Notes under the pieces: model-generated
What the model was told of the DNA's origin: nothing
Database searches by the model: none
What the model saw: the letters and a program-made list of their open reading frames with translations, nothing else
Source of the DNA: Halioglobus sp.
GTDB taxonomy: Bacteria > Pseudomonadota > Gammaproteobacteria > Pseudomonadales > Halieaceae
DNA: 64,000 nt
Reading direction: 5' to 3'
Assembly: GCA_965227955.1 (NCBI GenBank)
Contig: OZ245784.1
Span: 2,206,031-2,270,030, forward strand
Part shown: positions 23,008 to 31,752 of the stretch, piece after piece
Layout: each line of letters opens with the position of its first letter
Position numbering within the stretch: the stretch's first letter is position 1
Position numbers and translations under genes: made by a program

Positions 23008-23822
23008 GACAAACGCGCACCGTTCAACGCCTCGGCGCCGGCCTGCTGTGCCTGTGGGCACTGGCGGCGCGCGCCGAGACCCCCGCCGTCGATGCCGAGG
23101 GCAGCGCCGCCGATCGCGGACTCGCGGTGGCGCAGGAGGCCGACCGGCGGGACGCCGGCTTCGGCGACACCACGGCGGACCTCACCATGCTGCTCAACCT
23201 GTCCGAGGCGGGCCAGGTCGAGCGCAGCATGCGACAGATGGTACTGGAGGTGGCCGACGACGGGGACAAGAGCATCATGGTGTTCGACCGGCCGCGGGAC
23301 CTGCAGGGCACCGCCATTCTCACCTTCACCCACAGGACGGGCCCCGACGACCAGTGGCTGTACCTGCCCGCGCTGAAACGGGTCAAGCGCATCTCCAGCG
23401 CCGACAAATCCGGCCCGTTCATGGGCAGCGAGTTCGCCTACGAGGACCTCGCCTCGCAGGAGGTGGAGAAATACGGGTATCGCTACCTGCGCCGGGAAAC
23501 CCTGGACGGGGTCGAGTGCCACGTGGTGGAGCGTGTACCGGTGGACCCGAAATCGGGGTACTCGCGACAGGAGGCCTGGTTCGACACGGAGGAGTACCGG
23601 CTGCGCCGCGTCGATTACTTCGACCGCAAGGGCGACGCGCTGAAAACCATGACCCTCACCGGTTACCGGCAGTACTTGCAACAGTACTGGCGTGCGGATG
23701 AAATGCACATGTCCAACCACCAGAGCGGCAAGAGCACACTGCTGCGGTTCAGCAATTACCAGTTTCGCGTGGGCCTGAAGGACAGGGATTTCAGCCGCGG
23801 TGCGCTGGCGCGCATTCGCTGA
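23004..23822 (+). CDS. Outer-membrane lipoprotein-sorting (LolA-like) periplasmic protein
   Basis: Signal peptide LLCLWALAARAE. Motif DQWLYLPALKRVKRISSADKSGPFMGSEFAYEDL, which I recall as typical of LolA-like partners of MMPL transporters. ATGA overlap with the transporter. Confidence 0.75.
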   Translation: MRQTRTVQRLGAGLLCLWALAARAETPAVDAEGSAADRGLAVAQEADRRDAGFGDTTADLTMLLNLSEAGQVERSMRQMVLEVADDGDKSIMVFDRPRDLQGTAILTFTHRTGPDDQWLYLPALKRVKRISSADKSGPFMGSEFAYEDLASQEVEKYGYRYLRRETLDGVECHVVERVPVDPKSGYSRQEAWFDTEEYRLRRVDYFDRKGDALKTMTLTGYRQYLQQYWRADEMHMSNHQSGKSTLLRFSNYQFRVGLKDRDFSRGALARIR

Positions 23823-23847
23823 CCACGTCGCCAGATCCGGAGATCGA

Positions 23848-25539
23848 GTGAAAAAAGGCCTGTTCCGCCCCGCACTGTTACCGACCCTGCTGGCCGCGCT
23901 GGCCGCGCTGGCGGCACAGCCGGCGCGCGCGGAGGGAGAGACCCAGGTCGAGCGCCTGCGCATCGGACTCAATCCCGAGCGCACGCGCGTGGTCTTCGAC
24001 CTCTCGGGCGCGGGTCCCTATCGCATGCTGACGCTGGAGAACCCCCTGCGCGTGGTCGTGGACTTCCCCTCCGGCACGAGTTATTTCGACCCCGACAGCC
24101 TCGGCCTCGCCGGCACGCCGGTTGCGCGCATCCGCACCGGCATCCAACCGGACGGCACACTGCGCTACGTATTCGACCTGCGCCGCGAGGTCGAACCCGA
24201 GCTGTTTCCGCTGCAACCTTTCGAGGGTCGCGGTCACCGCCTGGTGCTGGACCTCCACCAGCCCGGTGCAGCGCCCGCGGGGACTGCCGTCGCGGTTGCC
24301 GAGGACACCGCGGGGGCAACCGAGGGGCAAGCGGAGACGCTGCGTGCGCCGCCGGTAATCACACCCAGGGATGCGACAGAGGTGCCCAACCCCGTCGACA
24401 GCGGCACGCCGGGACAGTGGTCCGGTTCCGTCGGCGTGCAGACACGGCTGTTCTTCAGCGACCCCGCATACCCGGACCAGGACGAACAGAACCTGTCCGC
24501 ATCCTTCGAACCCGAGTACTACATCGACTGGGCCGGGGGCACCCAGCGTTTCGCCTTCCGGCCCTTCTTCCGCTGGGACGCCAACGACAGCGAGCGCACC
24601 CACGCCGACGTGCGCGAACTGTACTGGCGTGCACAGAGGGACGCACTGGTGTTCAAGGCCGGTGTAGACGTGGTGTTCTGGGGTGTCACCGAGTCCCAGC
24701 ACCTCGTGGACATCATCAACCAGACCGACCGGGTGGAGAACATCGACCGCGAGGACAAACTGGGCCAGCCCATGGCCAGCCTGCAGTGGATGACCGACAC
24801 GGCGGGCACCTGGGAGGGCTGGGTGCTGCCCTACTTCCGCGAGCGCACCTTCCCGGGGAAAGACGGTCGCCTGCGCACCGACCCGCCCGTCGATACCGAC
24901 GACCCGATCTGGGACTCCTCCGACGAGGAGGAACACGTGGACTTCGCCCTGCGCTGGAGCCACTACATCGGCAACTGGGACATCGGGCTGGCTCACTTCA
25001 CCGGCACCGGCCGGGAACCCGTCCTCGTGCCGGGCGGCGATCCGGGCAAACCCACACTGCGCCCGTTCTACCAGCAGATCGACCAGACCTCTCTCGACCT
25101 GCAGGCGACTGTCGGCGCGTGGCTGTGGAAACTGGAGGCGATCCACAACAGCAACAAGATCGAGGACTACTACGCCGCGGTGGGCGGCTTCGAGTACACC
25201 CTGTTCGGTGTGGCAAACAGCACGGCGGACCTGGGCTGGCTACTGGAATACCATCACGACGAGCGCGGCGAGGACCCCATGGTGGCCCTGCAGAACGATC
25301 TGTACGCGGGTCTGCGCTGGACCGGCAACGACATCGCCGGCACCCGCCTGTTGACCGGTTTCACCGTCGACCTCGACAACGGCGGCACCTTCGGCAACGT
25401 GGAGGCGGTGCGGCGCCTCGGCGAGTCCTGGACCATCACGCTGGAAGCGCGCACCTTCTTCAACACCGACGACGACAACCCGCTGCATTTCTTCCGCGAC
25501 GACGACTACATCGAGCTGCAGCTGGATCGTTTTTTCTAA
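23848..25539 (+). CDS. Secreted protein with N-terminal AMIN-like domain and C-terminal predicted beta-barrel
   Basis: GTG start with GGAG 6 nt upstream. Signal peptide LLAALAALAAQPARAEG. AMIN-like segment RLRIGLNPERTRVVFDLSGAGPYRMLTLENPLRVVVDFP. The rest is rich in aromatic/Gly/Asp alternation and ends in ...LQLDRFF (terminal Phe, as in OMPs). Confidence 0.6.
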   Translation: MKKGLFRPALLPTLLAALAALAAQPARAEGETQVERLRIGLNPERTRVVFDLSGAGPYRMLTLENPLRVVVDFPSGTSYFDPDSLGLAGTPVARIRTGIQPDGTLRYVFDLRREVEPELFPLQPFEGRGHRLVLDLHQPGAAPAGTAVAVAEDTAGATEGQAETLRAPPVITPRDATEVPNPVDSGTPGQWSGSVGVQTRLFFSDPAYPDQDEQNLSASFEPEYYIDWAGGTQRFAFRPFFRWDANDSERTHADVRELYWRAQRDALVFKAGVDVVFWGVTESQHLVDIINQTDRVENIDREDKLGQPMASLQWMTDTAGTWEGWVLPYFRERTFPGKDGRLRTDPPVDTDDPIWDSSDEEEHVDFALRWSHYIGNWDIGLAHFTGTGREPVLVPGGDPGKPTLRPFYQQIDQTSLDLQATVGAWLWKLEAIHNSNKIEDYYAAVGGFEYTLFGVANSTADLGWLLEYHHDERGEDPMVALQNDLYAGLRWTGNDIAGTRLLTGFTVDLDNGGTFGNVEAVRRLGESWTITLEARTFFNTDDDNPLHFFRDDDYIELQLDRFF

Positions 25540-25566
25540 GACCCTCTGAGAGATTGTTTCAGGCAT

Positions 25567-25595
25567 AAAAAAACCCGCTCGAGAGCGGGTTTTTT
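25567..25595. terminator. Bidirectional rho-independent terminator
   Basis: AAAAAAACCCGCTCGAGAGCGGGTTTTTT: a GC stem flanked by an A-run and a T-run. It lies between the convergent AMIN-barrel and PEP-CTERM genes. A second GC hairpin follows (GGCCCCCGCGGGGGGGCC). Confidence 0.7.
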
Positions 25596-25626
25596 CGCGG
25601 GCCCCCGCGGGGGGGCCGGATCAGAC

Positions 25627-26619
25627 TCAGGCGGCTTTCCGGCGGGAGAGACCGGCGCCAGCCAGCAGGCCCGCACCCAGCAGCAGCAGGGTGGCCGGGA
25701 CCGGCACTTCCTGGGATACCAGCGTCTGGGCAGAGGCCGCGTAGGACACCGCGTACGTGCCGCTCTCCAGGCCGGTGATGGTCAGGCTGAAGAAGCCGTT
25801 GCCACTGTCGTCCAGGGTCACACCGTTGGTGGCCGTGGTGGAGTTGGCGTTCAGGTTGCCCGCCTCCACGGAGGCACAGGACACTGCGCCGGGACCGCTA
25901 CACTCGACGATACCCGCGTTGGCACCACCTTCCGGTACCCACTCGATCTCGGTACCGTTGCTGGCGGTGATGGTCACGCTGGAGGAGATCACACCCAGGG
26001 CCACGCCCTGTGAAAGACCGGTGATGTCGGCGATCGCGTTCCAGTCCGCGTTGAAGGCCAGGGCGATGCCGCCGCCCGGATCGTCCAGGGTGAACTCGAA
26101 GTTCAGGGACGTGGTGGAGGCCACGTTGGCGGACGCAGAGGCGATAAAGCCGCCCTGCAGGTTGCTCTCCGCTACCACGGCGGCCGACGTGGCCGGATCG
26201 CCGACCAGCTGCGCGTCTGCGATCACGGACTCCGCGTTGGAGTACTGGCCGGTCTGGGCGAACAGCGTGTTCACGTCATTGTCAGCACGGTTGACGTCGC
26301 CGCCGGGGGCATTTTGTACCGGGCCGCTGAGCACGATGCCGGGGCCGGGGCCACCGCAGGTGCCGGGACCGACGCCGTTGCCGAAGCAGTCCTGGATGAA
26401 TCCACCGGAAGAGCCGCCGTTCAGGGACGCGTTCGCGGAAGTGGTGAAGTTCCAGAGGCCGGGGCCGGTGCCGCCGGTCAGGCCGGAAATCTCCGTGGTG
26501 AAGTCGGTGACTACCAGGCGCCCGAGGCCGTATACATCGGCGGAGGCCTGTCCCGACACGCCCAGGGTCGCTGCTGTTGCCAGCGCCGCCGCGAGCGATT
26601 TCAGTGCTGTTTTCTTCAT
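25627..26619 (-). CDS. PEP-CTERM sorting-domain protein (putative exosortase substrate)
   Basis: Signal peptide MKKTALKSLAAALATAATLGVSGQASA. Gly/Thr/Ser/Ala/Asn-rich body. C-terminal sorting signal VPVPATLLLLGAGLLAGAGLSRRKAA (a Pro motif, then a TM helix, then a basic tail). Ribosome-binding site GGGAGA. The internal ATG at 26619 is preferred over the track start at 26733. Confidence 0.8.
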   Translation of the reverse strand: MKKTALKSLAAALATAATLGVSGQASADVYGLGRLVVTDFTTEISGLTGGTGPGLWNFTTSANASLNGGSSGGFIQDCFGNGVGPGTCGGPGPGIVLSGPVQNAPGGDVNRADNDVNTLFAQTGQYSNAESVIADAQLVGDPATSAAVVAESNLQGGFIASASANVASTTSLNFEFTLDDPGGGIALAFNADWNAIADITGLSQGVALGVISSSVTITASNGTEIEWVPEGGANAGIVECSGPGAVSCASVEAGNLNANSTTATNGVTLDDSGNGFFSLTITGLESGTYAVSYAASAQTLVSQEVPVPATLLLLGAGLLAGAGLSRRKAA

Positions 26620-26710
26620 GGCTAGTCTCCCTAACTTGCCGTTACCGTTGAAAACCTTGCGACCTGCGCCCTGTCCTGGGCCGGCCGAAAATTTCGTTCG
26701 GAAGATAAAA

Positions 26711-26726
26711 AGCAAGGCATGTACCA
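26711..26726 (-). promoter_or_regulatory. Candidate sigma-54 promoter TGGTACATGCCTTGCT
   Basis: Near-consensus -24/-12 element on the minus strand, in an AT-rich tract about 92 nt upstream of the PEP-CTERM protein start. Confidence 0.7.
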
Positions 26727-26884
26727 ATGTCATATTATTTCTTTATTTTCAGTAAGTTACAAACTTCGCCAATGTTTCAGCGCCCCGCCAAACCGCGTTT
26801 TGTAAAAAATCCTGACGGGGCCGGGCGAGGATCACGCCATTACCACTGGTTATGGCGGGGTGATCGCGACGGCCGCCCGGGGCA

Positions 26885-29668
26885 TCAGCCGGCGGACAGC
26901 TCCGCCAGCAGCTCCCTGGCGCGGGCCAGCACCGCCGGGTCCTCGGCCTCGTCGACCACGGTGCGCAGCTGCGCGGTGGCCTCCCGGGTCCGGCCCTGGG
27001 CGGCCAGGAGGCGGGCGAGGTTGACCCGGTACTGCATGTTCCGGGGCTGTACCTCTACCGCTTTCGCCACCATGTTGGCCCCCGCCACAGTCTTGCCGCT
27101 GTCCGCGAGCAGGCTGCCGTAGGTATCGAGCACCACCGGGTCCTCCGGCAGCAGTTCGTGGGCCCGTTTCGCGTAGTCCAGCGCCCTGTCCAGGTCGCGC
27201 TCGCGCTCCAGCCAGGCCAGGTTGTTCAACGCCACGATGGAGGCCGGCGCCAGCGACAGCATCTCTTCATACAGCGCTATGGCTTTCTCCGGGTCCGTCG
27301 TCACGGCGCCCTCCGCCTGCATGGCGAGCAGGGTGAGGTCCTCGGGGAACTCCCCGCGCCAGTGTTCCAGTTCGGCGAGGGAGCCCTCCCGGTCGCCGAC
27401 CGTGGCCAGGGTGATGGCCAGCATCAGCGCCGACTCGGGGTTCGGGTCGAGTTCCAGGACCTTGCGGAAGGACTCCTCGGCCCGCTCGAAGCGCTGTTCG
27501 CGCACGGCCAGCCAGCCCTCCATGCGCCAGATCTCGACCCTGTCCCCGGTCGCCTCCGCGAGCACCTTGTCCATCACCGCACGCGCCTGTGCGAGGTCGC
27601 CCGCCAGGCCGTGCATACGCACCTGGGCCAGTCGCGCGGGCAGGTACTTGCCGTTGATGGCGACAGCCCGGTCGAGGGCCGCCATCGCGCCCTCGAAGTC
27701 ACCCTGGGCGGCGAGCGCTTCGCCGTGGAAATAGTTGGCCAGCACCGAGTCCGGCGAGACCTCGACCCACTGCTCCCAGCTGCCCTGTGCCATGTCGCCC
27801 TGGCCGAGGTTGGCGAAGGACTTGCCGCGCAGCTCCATCAGGGACGGCTGGGCGAGGACCCACTCGTCCTTCAGCTTCTCCGTCAGCACGATCACCTGGT
27901 CGTATTCACCGGCGTCAAACCGCAACCGCACCAATCGCGCGCGAACAGCGTGGTTGGCAGGGTCCTGGTTGAGCAGTTCCTCCAGTGCGGCGGTAGCGTC
28001 CGAGGGCTGGTCCTCGCGCACTACGAGACCGGCCAGGTAGGAGCGGGCGAGACCGTCCTCCGGGTGTACCTCCAGGTAGTCCGTCAGCAGGGTGCGCGCC
28101 CTGGCGCGCTCCCCGGTGGCGTCGTAGATCTTCGCGAGGTTGCGTGTCGTGGAGGGGTCGTGGGGGTCGAGTTTGAGGATGGCTTCCATGGTCGCGCGGC
28201 CGGCCGCGAAATCGCCGCCGATCATCTGCCCGGCAGCCACCACCTTCAGCGCGTCGCTGCGCTGGGGGTACTGGTTGTGCAGGTTCTGCGCCATGGCCAT
28301 CGACTCCTCCACCCGGCCCTTTTTCAGGGCCGCGGCAGCGGACAGCAGGACGTTCGAGTACTGGCTCTCGTCGATGGTGCCCTGCGCCACCTCCAGGTCC
28401 CGGGCGATGTAGTCGCCCCGCACCGTGCGCGCCTCCTCGAGGGCGCGCTGGGCCCGCTCCTCCTCGGGGTCCAACGCCAGCACACGCTCGAAATAGTCGA
28501 CCGCGGAATCGTGGTCACCCTCGACCATGGCCAGTGCCCCGAGCATCCCGAGCACCGGCACGTTGTCGTCCCCAGAGCGCTCCAGCGCGTCCTGCAGGAT
28601 CTCCTGGGCGGAATCGACATCGAGGCGCTGGCTCTGCAGCGTCGCCCGCATGCGCGCCACGGTCGTGGACCTCGGAACCTGCTCGTAGAGCTGGCCGAGC
28701 AGCACGTCCGCCTGCTCGAAGCGCTCCTGTTCCAGCAGCGCCGCCACGAGGTACATCTTCATGGGAACATTGCGCGGCAACGCCTCGAGCCCCTTGGTCA
28801 GCTCGGCAGAGGCGCCGGCGTAGTCCTCCTTCATGTACAGGGAGACCCCGCGCACCTGGTGCACATAGGCGAGCTTGCCGAGGCCCGCCTTGCGCAGCTC
28901 CCGCAGGTCGTGCTCAGCCAGGCCGATTTTGCCCAGGCGCAGGGCCGTCATGGCGCGCCGCGCGTTGACCATGTTCACGTAGCCGCGGCTCTCGATGGAT
29001 TTCGAATAGGCCTCGTAGGCGCCGGCCAGGTTCTCCTCGGCGGCCAGCAGGTCGCCCTTCAGCGCCAGGGCATCCGGCGATTCCGGGTCCAGCTCCAGCG
29101 CCCTGTCCACCCACTCCCGCGCCCTCTCCAGGCTGCCCACCCGCGCCTCGAAGGACGCGGTCGCCGCCAGCACCAGTGCAGACTCGGGATCCAGTTCCCG
29201 TGCCGCTTCCAGGGTCTTGCCCGCCAGCTCGAAATCCCCGAGCTCCATCAGCGCGAGACCGCGCCAGGCCATGATCTCACCCTGCACTGTCGGCGAGGGC
29301 TCCTCGGGGAACTCCTCTGCCTCCTCCACCAGCTCCTCGTACTTGCCCTGCAGCATGAGGGAGCGGGTCAGCAGCAGCGCCGCCTCGCTCGCGTTCATGC
29401 CCATTTCCCGGGCGCGCCTGATCTCCTTCTCAGCCTCCGCACCCAGCCCGAGGTCGAGGTGGACGTAGGCCATCTCCCGGCGGATCTGCATGTTGAAGGG
29501 CGCCTTCTGCGCCGCGTTCTTCAGTTCGATCTGGGCGCCCAGCAGGTCGCCTGCGTCGCGCAGCATGCCGGCGTTGGACAGGTGCTCCTCCGTGGTCAGT
29601 TCCCTCTCGCACGATGCGGTGAACAGCGCCACCAACAGCACCAGCAGCGGTGTGATCCTGTTACGCAT
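26885..29668 (-). CDS. Second PrsT-like TPR-repeat lipoprotein
   Basis: Lipobox ALFTASC. About 927 aa of TPR repeats. The N-terminus is colinear with PrsT (TTEEHLSNAG.. versus TSEEHLADGK..). Ribosome-binding site GGGAGG 8 nt before the ATG at 29668. Confidence 0.8.
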   Translation of the reverse strand: MRNRITPLLVLLVALFTASCERELTTEEHLSNAGMLRDAGDLLGAQIELKNAAQKAPFNMQIRREMAYVHLDLGLGAEAEKEIRRAREMGMNASEAALLLTRSLMLQGKYEELVEEAEEFPEEPSPTVQGEIMAWRGLALMELGDFELAGKTLEAARELDPESALVLAATASFEARVGSLERAREWVDRALELDPESPDALALKGDLLAAEENLAGAYEAYSKSIESRGYVNMVNARRAMTALRLGKIGLAEHDLRELRKAGLGKLAYVHQVRGVSLYMKEDYAGASAELTKGLEALPRNVPMKMYLVAALLEQERFEQADVLLGQLYEQVPRSTTVARMRATLQSQRLDVDSAQEILQDALERSGDDNVPVLGMLGALAMVEGDHDSAVDYFERVLALDPEEERAQRALEEARTVRGDYIARDLEVAQGTIDESQYSNVLLSAAAALKKGRVEESMAMAQNLHNQYPQRSDALKVVAAGQMIGGDFAAGRATMEAILKLDPHDPSTTRNLAKIYDATGERARARTLLTDYLEVHPEDGLARSYLAGLVVREDQPSDATAALEELLNQDPANHAVRARLVRLRFDAGEYDQVIVLTEKLKDEWVLAQPSLMELRGKSFANLGQGDMAQGSWEQWVEVSPDSVLANYFHGEALAAQGDFEGAMAALDRAVAINGKYLPARLAQVRMHGLAGDLAQARAVMDKVLAEATGDRVEIWRMEGWLAVREQRFERAEESFRKVLELDPNPESALMLAITLATVGDREGSLAELEHWRGEFPEDLTLLAMQAEGAVTTDPEKAIALYEEMLSLAPASIVALNNLAWLERERDLDRALDYAKRAHELLPEDPVVLDTYGSLLADSGKTVAGANMVAKAVEVQPRNMQYRVNLARLLAAQGRTREATAQLRTVVDEAEDPAVLARARELLAELSAG

Positions 29669-29743
29669 TGACTCGGCCTCCCTGCGGCTAATGCGGGCAT
29701 TATGGCCCGCCATCAGTAGTTCGTATACTGCCCGGCTGTTTCC

Positions 29744-29830
29744 AAGACCCGCTGATTGAAACAGCTTTTACTAAGACCCGCTGATCGGAACCGCTTTTAC
29801 TAAGATCTGCTGCTTGAACCGGCTTCTGAG
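29744..29830. repeat. Three tandem 29-bp direct repeats spanning the stop codon of the acyltransferase gene
   Basis: Unit 1 is aagacccgctgattgaaacagcttttact. Unit 2 is aagacccgctgatcggaaccgcttttact and matches unit 1 at 26/29. Unit 3 is aagatctgctgcttgaaccggcttctgag, matches at about 18/29, and is coding. Confidence 0.85.
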
Positions 29831-30483
29831 ACCAGCGGCTTCGCGGGCATCCCGCCCCAGCGCTCCCCCGGCCCGATGCGCGTCCCCTTGGCGACCACCG
29901 CGCCCACCGATACCACCGCCCCGTCGCCGATTACCACCCCGGGCATGACGGTGGCCTTGGCGCCGATGGTGACGTTGTCACCTATGCGCACCGCTTCCAG
30001 GGCCATGTGGGCGCCCTCGATCACGTGGGAAAACAGCACAGCGTCGTGTCCGATGATGGTGTTCGCACCCAGCTCGGTGAGGGCGGGGTCGAGAATGGCG
30101 CCGCCGCTGTAGGTGTTCGCCCCCATCTTCGCGCCAAGGGCGAGGTAGACGAGGCGCATGATGGGCGTCGGTACGAAATGCGTGCGTATCAGCGGGTAAA
30201 ACAGGACCAGCCGAAACAGGGTGTCCACCTGGTAGGCGAACTCCTCCTGGGAGCCCTCGGGCAGGTCGCCCTCCACCAGTGGCAGGAACTGGTGGGAGAG
30301 CCGGTAGAGCAGGAAAGCCCAGAGATAGAAAACGAACAGGAACACCAGCAGCCAGGCCACGGCATAGAAATCGCCGGCCCAGGCGCGGCTGACGAGTGCG
30401 AGCGTGGTCGCCAGGGCCAGGACGGCGATGAGCGTCAGCAGTGTCGCGAAAACGGCCACCTGCGCCGCAGAGATCTTACGCAT
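29800..30483 (-). CDS. Membrane-anchored hexapeptide-repeat (left-handed beta-helix) acyltransferase
   Basis: Two N-terminal TM helices (VAVFATLLTLIAVLALATTLALV, VAWLLVFLFVFYLWAFLLY). LbH repeats follow (IGHDAVLFSHVIEG, IGDNVTIGAKATVMPGVVIGDGAVVSVGAVV). The ATG at 30483 overlaps the glycosyltransferase stop by 8 nt. Confidence 0.75.
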   Translation of the reverse strand: MRKISAAQVAVFATLLTLIAVLALATTLALVSRAWAGDFYAVAWLLVFLFVFYLWAFLLYRLSHQFLPLVEGDLPEGSQEEFAYQVDTLFRLVLFYPLIRTHFVPTPIMRLVYLALGAKMGANTYSGGAILDPALTELGANTIIGHDAVLFSHVIEGAHMALEAVRIGDNVTIGAKATVMPGVVIGDGAVVSVGAVVAKGTRIGPGERWGGMPAKPLVSEAGSSSRS

Positions 30484-31747
30484 GTTGCACCTCCTGCGTG
30501 TGTCGCCCGTGCCCGGACCAGGGTGCGGCGGACTCCTCGAGGAACCGCGCAAACCCGGCGACGCCGTCCACCGCGGCGGACTCTGCCGCCAGGGCTTCGG
30601 CAGCGCGTGTAAAGGAAGGCTCCTGGAGCAGCCTCTGCAGCGCCGTCGCCAGGGTCGCCGACGTCAGGTTGTCCGCGCGCAGGCAGAGTCCCGCTCCCAC
30701 TCGCTCCAGGGCCTGCATGTTGAGAAACTGGTCCAGGTTGCCGGCGATACCCAGGACAGGCCTGCCACAGGCCAGCGCCTGCTGGGTGGTCGGGCTGCCG
30801 CCGTTGCACACCACGACAGCGGCGCGGCGCGCTGCCAGGTGACCCGGGAGGTAGGGCGCCACCCACACATTGCCCGGCAAGGTCGGCGTCCCGGCGCCGG
30901 CGGTGGCGACCATGGCCGCCACGGGCAATTCGGCCAGCGCCTGCAGCAGTGCGGGCAGCATCCCGGCATGCCCGGAACTGCCGGGCGTGGCGTAGACCAG
31001 CGGTCGGTCGTCCGGCAGCGCGTCCCACCAGTCCGGGACAACCGCGGACGGCGACCAGGGAACCGGCCCTATCACCCGGTGGTTGGCGGGCAGGGGACGC
31101 ATCTCGTAAAGCCCGGGAATATCGCAGTACAGCGTGTAGTCGCCGTGCGTGTACACCCGCCGCAGATCGGGTCCGAGGGAGGGCAAACCGTGACGCCTGC
31201 GCAGGGCCGCCATGGGCCGGCTGTGCAAAGCAAAGGCGAAAGGCCGCGCGGCACTGAACAGCCACTGGCCCAGCCGTGGACCCAGCGCCCGGGTCACCGG
31301 GAGGTCGGGGGCCGGGTAGCCCTGTTGCGCATAGGGCGACCAGCAGGCATTGCCCAGGGTCACGCTGGGCACACCGCGAATCTGGGCGGCCACCGGCAGG
31401 GAGAGGCGGAAGTCCCCGACGACGAGGTCCGGCCGCACCGCGTCGAGCAGGCCCAGGTCGGCCTCGAGGTAGGCTTCGAGCGTCGCCAGATCGTACAGCG
31501 GGGCGCCGCGCGCCAGGGCCGCGGTGAACTGGCCCGGCTCGATCGAATGGACGGCGTGTTCGGTGCAATGCAGGTCGCCGAGCAGTTCGCGGTAGCGCGG
31601 GCACTGGGCGATGTGCACTTCCCAGTGCGCTGGATCGAGACCCGCCGCCAGGGCGGCGGGTCTGGCGACGTGCGCGAGGGTAACCGCCTCTGCCACGAAC
31701 AGGATGCGCGTCCTGTTCCCGGCCGTGTTGTCGACGCTCATGACCAT
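30476..31747 (-). CDS. GT-B glycosyltransferase of the UDP-glycosyltransferase/MGT type
   Basis: N-terminal RILFVAEAVTLAHVARPAALA. C-terminal nucleotide-sugar motif VVCNGGSPTTQQALACGRPVLGIAGNLDQFLN. Confidence 0.75.
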   Translation of the reverse strand: MVMSVDNTAGNRTRILFVAEAVTLAHVARPAALAAGLDPAHWEVHIAQCPRYRELLGDLHCTEHAVHSIEPGQFTAALARGAPLYDLATLEAYLEADLGLLDAVRPDLVVGDFRLSLPVAAQIRGVPSVTLGNACWSPYAQQGYPAPDLPVTRALGPRLGQWLFSAARPFAFALHSRPMAALRRRHGLPSLGPDLRRVYTHGDYTLYCDIPGLYEMRPLPANHRVIGPVPWSPSAVVPDWWDALPDDRPLVYATPGSSGHAGMLPALLQALAELPVAAMVATAGAGTPTLPGNVWVAPYLPGHLAARRAAVVVCNGGSPTTQQALACGRPVLGIAGNLDQFLNMQALERVGAGLCLRADNLTSATLATALQRLLQEPSFTRAAEALAAESAAVDGVAGFARFLEESAAPWSGHGRHTQEVQHA

Positions 31748-31752
31748 GCGCC

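Noticed and set aside
26766-26773. The octamer ATTGGCGA (minus-strand reading) is shared between the PEP-CTERM promoter region and the palindrome at 20482-20489. I considered it as a possible PEP-CTERM box.
   Set aside because: Only two occurrences, at very different distances from their promoters (about 45 versus about 165 bp), and absent from the other two sigma-54 regions. It could be chance.
29726-29745. Sigma-54-like TGGAAACAGCCGGGCA (minus strand) upstream of the second prsT-like gene.
   Set aside because: The spacing is right, but the -12 element is GGGCA rather than TTGCA. It is too weak to call without experimental support.
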